A DNA stretch of 64,000 bases from a virus (lineage: Duplodnaviria; Caudoviricetes). The translations under genes were made by a program, and so were the position numbers. The DNA lies in IMG/VR virus record IMGVR_UViG_3300023178_000006; one strand, given 5' to 3'. This document shows, in pieces, positions 36,813 through 46,081 of this stretch. How positions within the stretch are numbered: the first letter of the stretch is position 1; every line of letters begins with the position of its first letter. The notes beneath the pieces are model-generated. The model worked only from the letters and a program-made list of their open reading frames with translations. It made no database searches and was not told where the DNA came from.

Positions 36813-37370
36813 TCATTCTTGACGGTAAAATATATGAGTTCCTATCGTTCCTACTTGTTGTAATGTAGGAGCCCAATAAGGACTTACCCATGTCGTGTGA
36901 TAATGTGTTGCACCTTCTGTTAATCCACGGTACTTATTATTTTTAATAACATGATAAGCGATGTTAAGTGATTCATTCCAAGAGTCAGTATCAAGTGGGT
37001 CATCACTCTTACCATCACAATACCAACTAAACTGACATGCATTCCTTATTGGTACGAGCCTCTCTGGGTCTTTCCAAGAAGGTTTGTGCTTCCCTTGGTA
37101 TATTACACCACATATATCATTAGGGTACCTGTCGTCTCTTACTCTATTTAAAACAACATCAGCAACTGCATATTTACCTGCTAAGTTTTCTGAACGTGAT
37201 TCGTGATAAATGTTTAATGCTAGACAATGTTCTTCTTTTGATACTACCCAATCGTAATCAATACCAGGCTCAGCTTTCACTTCACTTGACCATAATATAA
37301 AAATCATGAATATAAGGGTCACGTATAGAGGACTCATATTTAAATGAAAGTTTTTATCGAATTTGCTCAT
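36813..37370 (-). CDS. SleB-like cell wall hydrolase
   Basis: CLALNIYHESRSE, AVADVVLNRV, CQFSWYCDG and GATHYH. Confidence 0.9.
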   Translation of the reverse strand: MSKFDKNFHLNMSPLYVTLIFMIFILWSSEVKAEPGIDYDWVVSKEEHCLALNIYHESRSENLAGKYAVADVVLNRVRDDRYPNDICGVIYQGKHKPSWKDPERLVPIRNACQFSWYCDGKSDDPLDTDSWNESLNIAYHVIKNNKYRGLTEGATHYHTTWVSPYWAPTLQQVGTIGTHIFYRQE

Positions 37371-37666
37371 GCTAATAATGCTTGAGTTTGAGAAGGCGTT
37401 ACCTTTCTTTGGTAATCGTCAATAAGTGCATCACCATCAAGCTTCTCACCAAATGTATGAATCACCTTTCCGTTTTTCTCTCTCACGATTAAACCACTAT
37501 TATACGTAGTATCAGTTACATACTGATTGTCTGCCGTATCTTCTGGTCTATCATCATACCACATACTATTTAAAGAATGTACGTGTATACCTTCTACTCC
37601 TTTTGCCCATTTCTCAGCGGCAATGAGTAGTCTTTGTCTTTCGACTTTATCGTTATATTGCGTCAT
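37367..37666 (-). CDS. Hypothetical protein
   Basis: HSLNSMWYDDRP; operon packing. Confidence 0.7.
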   Translation of the reverse strand: MTQYNDKVERQRLLIAAEKWAKGVEGIHVHSLNSMWYDDRPEDTADNQYVTDTTYNSGLIVREKNGKVIHTFGEKLDGDALIDDYQRKVTPSQTQALLA

Positions 37667-37669
37667 ATA

Positions 37670-37873
37670 TTACTCCCAGCGTATTTGCTCTTCGATTGCA
37701 TGTTGTACACCTTGTAAAAAGTCTCTATCCTCTTCACTAAGCACACTCCAAAATTTTGTAATGTCTGTTGTAAAATCCATTGCTGCTTCCGCATGACCAA
37801 TGTGTTTATTTTCTTTCATTAACTTTTCAAGCTTATCCAATCTTTCTTGAATACGTGTTTCTAAATCACTCAT
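37670..37873 (-). CDS. Hypothetical protein
   Basis: KFWSVLSEEDRDF; ATGA coupling. Confidence 0.7.
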   Translation of the reverse strand: MSDLETRIQERLDKLEKLMKENKHIGHAEAAMDFTTDITKFWSVLSEEDRDFLQGVQHAIEEQIRWE

Positions 37874-38037
37874 CTCTCAGGTCCTCTGTGTACGGCATGA
37901 CCTTTCAAACTACATTCAGGTCCGCAATACACTTGAGAATGATAACCATTCTTTTCTACTTTATAATATACTAGGTTTGTAAACGCTTTCCCACATATGT
38001 CGCAGGAAAATTTATGAATAGGATAGTCAATTTTCAT
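37870..38037 (-). CDS. 55-aa zinc-finger protein (not in ORF track)
   Basis: MKIDYPIHKFSCDICGKAF...YCGPECSLKGH; ATGA overlaps at both ends. Confidence 0.7.
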   Translation of the reverse strand: MKIDYPIHKFSCDICGKAFTNLVYYKVEKNGYHSQVYCGPECSLKGHAVHRGPER

Positions 38038-38453
38038 CGTGCCATCCTGCTGATATCTTCAGCTTCTTTTTGATTAATAACTGGAACTGCATTGGATTTA
38101 TGCATTGTTGCAATACCCTTTACAAGAGTCCCAGTATATTTAGGTGAATCTTTAGCAGTACCACGTCCATCAGACTCAGTTAAAGGTGCTGATGGATAGA
38201 GTTCACGATGATTGTCAACTCGCCATGTTGTAGTTGGTGTGTAAGGTTTGAATTCTGTTTGGATTTTTGTACGACCATAACAATAATCGATGTATTGTTG
38301 AAGTGTGTCATATCTTAAATCGTGCATACCTTTACGTTTCATATCACGATTATGTTGTCTCCACTGAAGTTCAAGTTCAGCGTATTTTGCTTTTGTGATT
38401 TTTAGTTTACGCTTACGAGTGTTAAGCGTAGACAATCCTCTAGCTAATCCCAT
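38034..38453 (-). CDS. Hypothetical protein
   Basis: KYTGTLVKGIATMHKSNAVPV. Confidence 0.75.
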   Translation of the reverse strand: MGLARGLSTLNTRKRKLKITKAKYAELELQWRQHNRDMKRKGMHDLRYDTLQQYIDYCYGRTKIQTEFKPYTPTTTWRVDNHRELYPSAPLTESDGRGTAKDSPKYTGTLVKGIATMHKSNAVPVINQKEAEDISRMAR

Positions 38454-38471
38454 AATATAAATCTCAATTAA

Positions 38472-38768
38472 TTAATATCTTCTAAAGCCTCTTGGCAAAT
38501 TACTCATTGCCATCTCTTTGGCACGAGCTTTTTGATGCCTTTTAATACCTTCAGCTTTTTTTCTATTTCTTTTAATTGAAGGTTTTTCATAGAACTCTCT
38601 TTTCTTGAGTTCTTTAAGAATCCCAGCCTTTTCAACCGCTTTCTTAAACTTTCTCATCGCTACATCAAATGGCATAGCTTGAGGTGGTCTTTTATCTCTA
38701 GGATGTCTTTTTCGTGGTGCCAAAATAACGGTAGTACCACTTACCGCATTATCAAATCTTTTTCTCAT
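38472..38768 (-). CDS. rpsU: Ribosomal protein bS21 with N-terminal extension
   Basis: [32 protein letters not shown] matches the bS21 core. Confidence 0.9.
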   Translation of the reverse strand: MRKRFDNAVSGTTVILAPRKRHPRDKRPPQAMPFDVAMRKFKKAVEKAGILKELKKREFYEKPSIKRNRKKAEGIKRHQKARAKEMAMSNLPRGFRRY

Positions 38769-38775
38769 ACTGTAT

Positions 38776-38804
38776 AATATACCACAGTTTGACGGAATTG
38801 TCAA
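38776..38804 (-). promoter_or_regulatory. Sigma70-type promoter ending 7 nt before the rpsU ATG
   Basis: TTGACA-N17-TATATT with TGG extension. Confidence 0.8.
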
Positions 38805-38848
38805 CTGTTTTTTTCATTTTTTTCGCAAATATTTCCATTTACTTGACT

Positions 38849-38877
38849 ATTATAACAGGTTTTATTGCATTTGTCAA
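38849..38877 (-). promoter_or_regulatory. Second tandem sigma70-type promoter upstream of rpsU
   Basis: TTGACA-N17-TATAAT. Confidence 0.82.
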
Positions 38878-38880
38878 CTG

Positions 38881-39687
38881 TTATTTGAAATAACTTTCGA
38901 TATCCCAGGTGTCTACCTGTTCGTTGATGACGTCCATATCGAGTTCAGATTCCCAAGTAATCTCTCTATTATATGGTTTATATTTTTCTTTTTGAAAATA
39001 ATCTTCATAGCAAACGAGTTCACCAGGAAATTCTTTCCACATTCTACCCATTACTTTATAATTGTAGACGAGTTGCCAAACCATACGAGTAAGATTTAAA
39101 TCGTGACCTTGACCGTGGTTGACTCCTTTCGAGGGATTGATGGATGCTTTATAAGGTTCTTCTTTATCTCCAAATACACCTCTATGAATACCGTGCATTC
39201 TCTTGACGTATATTTCTTCAACGTGCATCCAAGACTCGCGCCAAGATTTTCCGTCAGTATTTTCTGGGTATGCTTTAAACCCAGTTTCTGCCCAAGAACC
39301 AGTAAGACGTGCTGCAACCCAACTTTCGATTTGTTTCATAAAATCTCTTCGATAGAGATAGTAGACTTTATCGGCTTGACCAATAACTGTACGAAGTTGA
39401 AGGTGTTCTTTATCATCACCGAAATGATTCGGCATAATTTTATAACAAGCAGGGTGACCATTACGCAATTGTTGGAAAAAGTTCCAACGACTTAAAGCTT
39501 GTCTCCCTACTTTAGGATTAGAAAAAATGAATGCATCTCTCTTAATACTTTCAAGTTCACCTAAACCAAAAGGTATTTCGTGAGAAAACAATTCACCTTT
39601 ATAAGGTAACTGATGTTCTTCAGATTTTTCTAGTGTGAATGATGTACTTCCGGTACGAAAGTTTGTTAAGACACAAACATTTTCCAT
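38881..39687 (-). CDS. Sulfotransferase-like protein
   Basis: N-terminal LTNFRTGSTSF (5'-PAPS-binding-like), YLYRRDF...SW and VCYED. Confidence 0.6.
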   Translation of the reverse strand: MENVCVLTNFRTGSTSFTLEKSEEHQLPYKGELFSHEIPFGLGELESIKRDAFIFSNPKVGRQALSRWNFFQQLRNGHPACYKIMPNHFGDDKEHLQLRTVIGQADKVYYLYRRDFMKQIESWVAARLTGSWAETGFKAYPENTDGKSWRESWMHVEEIYVKRMHGIHRGVFGDKEEPYKASINPSKGVNHGQGHDLNLTRMVWQLVYNYKVMGRMWKEFPGELVCYEDYFQKEKYKPYNREITWESELDMDVINEQVDTWDIESYFK

Positions 39688-39703
39688 AATATAAAAAGGA
39701 CCT

Positions 39704-40174
39704 TTAGTTATTAATTAATTTTTCGTATTTTGCTCTATCAACAACACCTTCTTTTAATAACTTATCTCTATTCTTTAAGTGTTGTTCTTCGACATCATCT
39801 TTACTTCCACCAGTGTAAGGTACACCATGTCCTTCGTGGAACATAATTTCTGTAACTAAACACCAACGGTCTTGTTCTGGATAATAGACATTAAAGTCAC
39901 CAAGGATTCTACCAAATTTACCTTTAGCATCTTCTCCACCACGACCTTTAAATGTTTTTAGAATGATATCCTTTGTTAATAATTCTTTTAATCTTTTCTT
40001 TGCAGCGAGGCCAAATAATTTTTCAATCTTATTCCTAGTTCTGGACTCTGGTGTATCAATTCCCATAATACGAACACGCTCATTACGCATCCAAATACCA
40101 AACCCCAAATCAATATCGACATCTACGGTATCTCCGTCTACTACTTTAATTAATTTTGCTTTATACTCATACAT
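39704..40174 (-). CDS. Thermonuclease (SNase-like)
   Basis: KVVDGDTVDV, RVRIMGIDTPES and GKFGRILG. Confidence 0.88.
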   Translation of the reverse strand: MYEYKAKLIKVVDGDTVDVDIDLGFGIWMRNERVRIMGIDTPESRTRNKIEKLFGLAAKKRLKELLTKDIILKTFKGRGGEDAKGKFGRILGDFNVYYPEQDRWCLVTEIMFHEGHGVPYTGGSKDDVEEQHLKNRDKLLKEGVVDRAKYEKLINN

Positions 40175-40176
40175 CT

Positions 40177-40623
40177 TTAATCTTCCTTTATGGTCATCTT
40201 TTCTAACCATGTTTCATTGCGACCTGCTTTCTTTTCTTCCCAATCTTGGATAGCACGTTTGATTGAATCTTCGGCCAACACTGAACAATGAATTTTGATT
40301 GGAGGTAATTCTAAAGCATCCGCAATTTCTTTATCTTTAATATTCTTCGCTTCTTCAATGGTTTTACCAATTAACATTTCAACGAACATACTGCTTGAAG
40401 CGATAGCAGAACCACATCCATAAGTTTTAAATTTAACATCTTCGATGACCTCAGTTTCTGGATTTAATTTTAAATCCAATTTCATAACATCACCACATGC
40501 AGGTGCACCCGTAAGTCCCGTTGCAACGTTTGGGTCATTAGGGTCAAACCTTCCGACACCATGTGCAGCAGGGTTATTGGTCACTGCTTCGAATCTTTCT
40601 ATAACTTTCTTTGAGTATGGCAT
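40177..40623 (-). CDS. iscU: Fe-S cluster scaffold IscU
   Basis: GAPACGDVMKL, FKTYGCGSAIASSS and PPIKIHCSVLAED (three Cys plus His). Confidence 0.93.
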   Translation of the reverse strand: MPYSKKVIERFEAVTNNPAAHGVGRFDPNDPNVATGLTGAPACGDVMKLDLKLNPETEVIEDVKFKTYGCGSAIASSSMFVEMLIGKTIEEAKNIKDKEIADALELPPIKIHCSVLAEDSIKRAIQDWEEKKAGRNETWLEKMTIKED

Positions 40624-40711
40624 GGATAGTATTTATCTTCGTTTACACCATACACGTACCCACCATTTAAAATATCTTCTTCCTTCACCATAAGCTGCTG
40701 AAGCTAATCGA

Positions 40712-41305
40712 TTATAAATCATAAAATTTTATTTTACTCTTATAGAATTGCTTAATATCATTTCTTTCTTTTACCCAGATTTCTCTTGGTGTAGAATTTT
40801 CATATCCCTCAGTTTGTTGATAAACATTCTGAGCTCCTATACCATCGAATCCAAGTAAATGGATTTCATTAAATCCTAATTCACATGCTAATAATAATGC
40901 TCTTGAACCAGAGCTGATTGGAATTTCAAGTAATTTTTGTACTGAATCTTCTTCTTCAGTCCAAGTTACATACGTGAAATTTTCTGTACCGTTAACAACA
41001 CAACTCATTCTATTATCTCTATCATTTGAAATAACAGGTTTACCTAATTGTTTTGCTAAGTTATAACCTTCATCACCGGGAAGAGTTTCCCATTCAGAAA
41101 AGTAACAAAGGTTGTCTTTGCAATATCCGGTTTTATAAATCAGATGTTGCATATAAACATCTGTACATATTAAAAAATCTGGAGATTCTCTATACGCTCC
41201 ATTACAACCGAACACAGTCGCATTTGGAAACTTTTCTCTGTAGTTGTATCCTAAACGAGATTCTCCGTTTCCTAATATGATTGCTTGTTTATTTTCCTTG
41301 ACCAC
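40712..41305 (-). CDS. Sialyltransferase/MAF-like Rossmann-fold protein
   Basis: AIILGNGES, FGCNG and IHLLGFD pattern. Confidence 0.55.
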   Translation of the reverse strand: MVKENKQAIILGNGESRLGYNYREKFPNATVFGCNGAYRESPDFLICTDVYMQHLIYKTGYCKDNLCYFSEWETLPGDEGYNLAKQLGKPVISNDRDNRMSCVVNGTENFTYVTWTEEEDSVQKLLEIPISSGSRALLLACELGFNEIHLLGFDGIGAQNVYQQTEGYENSTPREIWVKERNDIKQFYKSKIKFYDL

Positions 41306-41415
41306 GATATTTTTTAAATGACCGTTTTTTAGACTTGTTCATTGTAGCACGACTCTTTGGATTCTTTCCAATAGATGTGCCTTTTTTAATACCATTGTGG
41401 GTACTCGCGTAAGCT

Positions 41416-41622
41416 TTACTTTTCGTCGCCATCTTTCTCCTCTATATCACTTTCATAAATTGGAAGACCGTGATAGGTGTATCCAATTATTTTTTTATCA
41501 TCTTCAAACAACGAATATACAGCTGAACCAATTAACACTGTCCACAATATAACACCACTCCAAAGAAGAAGTATAGTTGCTTTATACGCTAACTTATCTA
41601 AATACGACTCTTGCTTTTCCAA
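41416..41622 (-). CDS. Small membrane protein
   Basis: Single TM helix. Confidence 0.6.
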   Translation of the reverse strand: MEKQESYLDKLAYKATILLLWSGVILWTVLIGSAVYSLFEDDKKIIGYTYHGLPIYESDIEEKDGDEK

Positions 41623-41809
41623 CTTTATTTCGTCTCACTAATTCGTTTTTAATTTTTTGTTTTTTCTTAGGGATTGTTCCTGAAGCATTGTACATATCAA
41701 TCAATTCACCGTTTGATTTTGTTTTTATATATTCATGTGTATATTCGAAACTTGGTCTACTCGCTCCTCTTACAACTTTCCTTACTGATTTTCCTATCTT
41801 TACTGGCAT
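41594..41809 (-). CDS. Small basic hypothetical protein
   Basis: KKKQKIKNELVRR. Confidence 0.65.
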   Translation of the reverse strand: MPVKIGKSVRKVVRGASRPSFEYTHEYIKTKSNGELIDMYNASGTIPKKKQKIKNELVRRNKVGKARVVFR

Positions 41810-42189
41810 TATAACCTCTTTACCATTTCTACAATCCTGTCCACATCAGGGTCGTTTAGATAACCATAAATGCCTTCATCGGCTTTATGATAGTCATCTA
41901 ATATATTTTCCATTCTATCCGCAGGTGGGTCTACGAATGTTTTTAAATCTTTATCTATAATAGCAAGTTCCCACTTATTTTCTTTATATCCATAAGAACC
42001 CGTAAATTTTACAGCCGAAATGATGTATCCATTATCCAAGTTCCATTCTATTCTCTCACCATCGTGCCATGGTGTTCTTTTAGGCCATTTTGCCATTATG
42101 TCATTCTCCCAATAATAAATCCTAACCAAAATACAAAGATGTCTATAACGAAATGTAATGCAAAACTCAAAGCAAAGATTTCTTTCCAA
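41809..42189 (-). CDS. Hypothetical protein
   Basis: GSYGYKENKWELAI; start probably at MAKWPK. Confidence 0.6.
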   Translation of the reverse strand: MERNLCFEFCITFRYRHLCILVRIYYWENDIMAKWPKRTPWHDGERIEWNLDNGYIISAVKFTGSYGYKENKWELAIIDKDLKTFVDPPADRMENILDDYHKADEGIYGYLNDPDVDRIVEMVKRL

Positions 42190-42204
42190 TGAATCTTACA
42201 AATA

Positions 42205-42459
42205 TTAAACCATTCTATTATCTTGTCTTTTAGCATTTTGTTCCCAAATATATTCTTTCAGACTATTATAACATCCTATGTAGTGTTTGTCAACTGTTAT
42301 GTGTGGTATTTTTGTCATATCAACACCGAGTTGTTCGCATTCTATATAATGCTGTCTGAAACTTACGTCTTTATACCTGAATGTAAGGTTATTTTTTCGA
42401 CATAAATTAATTGCATTAATGCAAGCACCGCAAGATGCGGTTCCATAAATTGTTATCAT
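42205..42459 (-). CDS. Glutaredoxin-like protein
   Basis: ITIYGTASCGAC, KIPHI and YIGCY. Confidence 0.75.
   Translation of the reverse strand: MITIYGTASCGACINAINLCRKNNLTFRYKDVSFRQHYIECEQLGVDMTKIPHITVDKHYIGCYNSLKEYIWEQNAKRQDNRMV
42265..42293 (-). promoter_or_regulatory. Intragenic sigma70-type promoter
   Basis: AACAGTTGACA-N17-TATAAT. Confidence 0.7.
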
Positions 42460-42776
42460 TCTTTAATTATTTTCTTTAAATGAGGATATCTTGTGTAAGC
42501 TGGGTGAGCATACTTACTCATAACGTCTGCTGCATCATCAACAGCTGAAGGTGGTGAAGGTTCAAAAGGTCTTTCTAAAGGATTGTCAGATTCGTAATTC
42601 AAATCTTTTTTCTCTTTATTAAAAATCCTGTCCCATTCAGAATCAAATTTTTTCATGTCTTTTATAGGACGAGGTTTACTACCTTTTCCACCATGCCACT
42701 TACTCATCTGCTTTCTTCTTCCCTTTAGCAATTGGGTCTTCCCAGTCATTAATCCAATCAACGACTTGAGCGTCAC
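42456..42776 (-). CDS. Hypothetical protein
   Basis: MSKWHGGKGSKPRP is the likely true start. Confidence 0.6.
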   Translation of the reverse strand: MTLKSLIGLMTGKTQLLKGRRKQMSKWHGGKGSKPRPIKDMKKFDSEWDRIFNKEKKDLNYESDNPLERPFEPSPPSAVDDAADVMSKYAHPAYTRYPHLKKIIKE

Positions 42777-43047
42777 TCATTTCTTTTGAATAATCTGGGT
42801 TTTGTTTTCGAAACTGTTTGATTGCTTGTTCAGTATTGATTATACTTTTATCAAATACATTTTCACCAATCCATTGTTGTGCGAGTTCTTTTATTTCCTC
42901 ACACATAACACTTTCTTCTGCCCACTGTAATGCGAGCTCATCAGTCAACTGAACTTTCGTATTCATTTCCTGTAATGCTTCATACGGAATTACGTATGTT
43001 TGTCTAAACGACGATATCAATTCCACTTTCACGAACTTATCTGCCAT
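42700..43047 (-). CDS. Hypothetical protein
   Basis: GGAG ribosome-binding site, 115 aa. Confidence 0.7.
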   Translation of the reverse strand: MADKFVKVELISSFRQTYVIPYEALQEMNTKVQLTDELALQWAEESVMCEEIKELAQQWIGENVFDKSIINTEQAIKQFRKQNPDYSKEMSDAQVVDWINDWEDPIAKGKKKADE

Positions 43048-43173
43048 AATAAATCACTCCACTTATATAAAAATCAAAATACCTAAAACTAATCCTATAT
43101 TAAATCCTATCGAACATACAAATACAAAATCTCTTGCAAAGCTTTTTCTTTGATATTCTATTACTCTCAAGTA

Positions 43174-43362
43174 TTAATCTTGTTCCATGCTCCAAGTTTT
43201 GCTCTGGTTACGAGCCGACTCGAATTCGTTAGAACTCTCCTTTTCAACTCCATTGTTGTATGGTCTTTTAGTTTCAACTAAAACTCTCTCAGTATATGGC
43301 GCACCAAATGGTCTTCTATATACTGTTTTTCCTCTATCAGGACTCTCAAAAATGTCTGTCAT
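43174..43362 (-). CDS. Small hypothetical protein
   Basis: IFESPDRGKTVYRRPFG. Confidence 0.7.
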   Translation of the reverse strand: MTDIFESPDRGKTVYRRPFGAPYTERVLVETKRPYNNGVEKESSNEFESARNQSKTWSMEQD

Positions 43363-43567
43363 TATATAATCTCCTTAAGATTTTTTGTATGATATAGTCT
43401 GCTTCTGGATATTCTCCTTCCATCATATCGACTATTGCATCAATCTGGTCTAAAGTTTCCAATTCATCAGCAATTTTATGTGCATAATGCATTCTATGTA
43501 ATGCTTGATAAAACTGGTGCGGTGTCATCTTAGGAAGCTTATCTGGTTCTCTAAAATTTTCCGACAT
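43346..43567 (-). CDS. Hypothetical protein
   Basis: GGAG ribosome-binding site; YPEADYII. Confidence 0.65.
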   Translation of the reverse strand: MSENFREPDKLPKMTPHQFYQALHRMHYAHKIADELETLDQIDAIVDMMEGEYPEADYIIQKILRRLYNDRHF

Positions 43568-43577
43568 ACTATTCTCC

Positions 43578-43994
43578 TTACTTGAATAGACCTATTTTCT
43601 TTCCTTCTTTCACACGTTGGTCGTACTCTTCTGGACTAGAAGGATATTGCCAACCCCACCATGCACCGAGTGCCATAAAGGTACCAGAATACATAACTGC
43701 TTTCCAATTACCTGTTGTGACAATCATTAAGATTAAAGCAATTGCCATAAATCCTAACATTCCATATTTTGCTTTTAATGGAAATACTTTCTTTGTTTCC
43801 CAGTTTGTTAAAAATGGTCCAAAGATTTTATGGTTGTATAACCACTTGTGCATTCTATCTGAACTTCTTGCAAAGCAATAAGCAGCAAATACTGCGGGGA
43901 TTGAGAAAGGAATACCTGGCATAACTACCCCTATGTATGCGATTCCTAGTAATATTAGTCCTGCGACGAACCATAGACTTCTTTTTATATTCAT
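43578..43994 (-). CDS. ybaN: YbaN/DUF454 inner-membrane protein
   Basis: GVVMPGIP, AAYCFARSSDRMHKWLYNHKIFGPFL.NW and LKAK. Confidence 0.85.
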   Translation of the reverse strand: MNIKRSLWFVAGLILLGIAYIGVVMPGIPFSIPAVFAAYCFARSSDRMHKWLYNHKIFGPFLTNWETKKVFPLKAKYGMLGFMAIALILMIVTTGNWKAVMYSGTFMALGAWWGWQYPSSPEEYDQRVKEGKKIGLFK

Positions 43995-43995
43995 A

Positions 43996-44874
43996 TTATA
44001 TTGGTCTTCTATTTAATGTTGTACTTAATCCACCTGAGTCTTGAGACTTAGATGGTGTTTTCTTTGGAGCACGGTCCCAGTCAATTTCATCTGACTGTTT
44101 CTTTTTATCCATTCTATGAATTTGTTCTTCATCTACGAGTGGATTCATTTGCTCTCTATCTCTCTTGAACGCTGCGGTTGATACAATCAACAACATAATT
44201 GCAAGAGGGTCAAATACAAATATGATTGTGAGTATTACCCAACGGACTGCATTGTCGTAGAACGACTCCGCATCTTCTCCGTAAATCATATCTGCAATAT
44301 ATTTTACTGGACCTAATTCAGCTTCTTGTTCAAGTTGAAGTTTTTGAATAGGCATTTTTTGTTCATTCAATTCTACGATGTCGGCGACTAAGTTATCAAT
44401 ATCTAAATTGATTTCATTACGTTCTTCTGTTTGTACTCTGTTAACGTAATTTCTATCTTCTGGTCTACTTGTTTGTAGTACATAATCCAAGTTTTCTAAA
44501 CGACCAGTTAAGTTGTCTAGTTGAAGTTGTTTACCTTCTAATCTTTTATCCACTATGCTTGCTTCAAGTGAATAACTGTCTGATGTAATTGAACTATCAA
44601 TATGAGCCTTGGAAAGGAATCCAAAAATACCCATTGAAGTTATTAACATCAATACCACGACTGCTGTCGTGAAATATGCACGTACTAAATTATTAATACG
44701 TTCCCATTCGTAGTGTAGCCAAGCAGCACTCACAATTTTTCCAAATTCTAATACTGAAGCCATAACTAAAATGCTCAACGCTGCACCACTGAAAATAGTC
44801 ATCAATCCTATGATGCTAAAATACGCTGCAGTTGATGCTAGCGTTAGTGATGTAAATAGTGTTAACCATTTCAT
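43996..44874 (-). CDS. Membrane protein with coiled-coil domain
   Basis: Three N-terminal TM helices, coiled coil, GPVKYIA and [10 protein letters not shown]. Confidence 0.75.
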   Translation of the reverse strand: MKWLTLFTSLTLASTAAYFSIIGLMTIFSGAALSILVMASVLEFGKIVSAAWLHYEWERINNLVRAYFTTAVVVLMLITSMGIFGFLSKAHIDSSITSDSYSLEASIVDKRLEGKQLQLDNLTGRLENLDYVLQTSRPEDRNYVNRVQTEERNEINLDIDNLVADIVELNEQKMPIQKLQLEQEAELGPVKYIADMIYGEDAESFYDNAVRWVILTIIFVFDPLAIMLLIVSTAAFKRDREQMNPLVDEEQIHRMDKKKQSDEIDWDRAPKKTPSKSQDSGGLSTTLNRRPI

Positions 44875-46070
44875 AATTCTTTAAACGTCTCCTTCAATGC
44901 AGATACGAGGTCTTCCATCATACCATTGGTGTGTAATGGTGTTGGTGTAATTCTAAGTCGTTCAGTACCAACATCGACTGTTGGATAATTAATTGGTTGA
45001 ATATAAATTCCATACTCGTTTAATAACCTATCTGACATTGCTTTAGTTCTTTTTGCATCTCTTACCATCACTGGAAGAATATGCGTTGTAGATGCTTCAT
45101 GCACCTCTATATTATTATCTATAAAAAGTTCACGTAGCGTTTGAGCTCGTTCTTGATGTTGTTCTCTAAGTTCGTTGTGTTCTTTTAACCATCTTATTGA
45201 AGCAATAGCACCTGCACACATAACAGGACTTAACGATGTGGTGAATATAAATCCACTGGCGACACTTCTAATGGCATCTAAGACAATATCTTCTCCAACA
45301 ATATAACCACCATGGCCACCAAAAGCCTTGCCTAGAGTGCCATTTATGATATCGACTCTATCAGATAGACCTAATTTTTCACAATATCCAGCACCTGTAT
45401 TACCATATAAACCAACTGCATGTACTTCGTCAATATATGTAATTGCATTATACTTATCTGCTAAATCGCATATTTCTTTAATCGGCGCAACATCACCGTC
45501 CATACTATACACTGATTCAAAAACAATACAAGGAACTTGATTGCTCATTTGAGCTGTCTGTAATGCCAACTCTAATTCGTCCATGTTATTATGTTCCCAG
45601 ATAATTTTTTCAGCACGACTATGTTTAATACCCATAATCAATGATGCGTGATTTTTATTATCTGATACGAAACAAATATTTGGAATGATTCGTGATAGTG
45701 CAATCATCGTCCATTCATTAGCAACATAAGCTGATGTGAACAATAATCCTTTTTCTTTTTTATGGAGTTTTGCTAGTGTTCTTTCGAGAGTAACGTGATA
45801 GTGAGATGTTCCACCAATATTTCTTGTACCACCACTTCCCGAACCTGTCTTGTCGAGCGCGGTTTGCATAGCATCAATAACATATTTGTTTTGACCCATG
45901 CACAAGTAATCGTTGGAACACCAGTTAACTATTGTTTTTGGAGAATATTTAGAATACCAGGTTGCCTTAGGAAAGTTGCCTCTTTCACGCACTATGTCGT
46001 TAAAGACTCTATATTTTCCTTCGTCTTTTAATGTATCAATAACATTCTGAAAATATGCTTTTTCAATCAT
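44871..46070 (-). CDS. hemA: 5-aminolevulinate synthase (PLP-dependent, C4 pathway)
   Basis: [42 protein letters not shown] and FIFTTSL. Confidence 0.92.
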   Translation of the reverse strand: MIEKAYFQNVIDTLKDEGKYRVFNDIVRERGNFPKATWYSKYSPKTIVNWCSNDYLCMGQNKYVIDAMQTALDKTGSGSGGTRNIGGTSHYHVTLERTLAKLHKKEKGLLFTSAYVANEWTMIALSRIIPNICFVSDNKNHASLIMGIKHSRAEKIIWEHNNMDELELALQTAQMSNQVPCIVFESVYSMDGDVAPIKEICDLADKYNAITYIDEVHAVGLYGNTGAGYCEKLGLSDRVDIINGTLGKAFGGHGGYIVGEDIVLDAIRSVASGFIFTTSLSPVMCAGAIASIRWLKEHNELREQHQERAQTLRELFIDNNIEVHEASTTHILPVMVRDAKRTKAMSDRLLNEYGIYIQPINYPTVDVGTERLRITPTPLHTNGMMEDLVSALKETFKEL

Positions 46071-46081
46071 CGCTCACCTTT

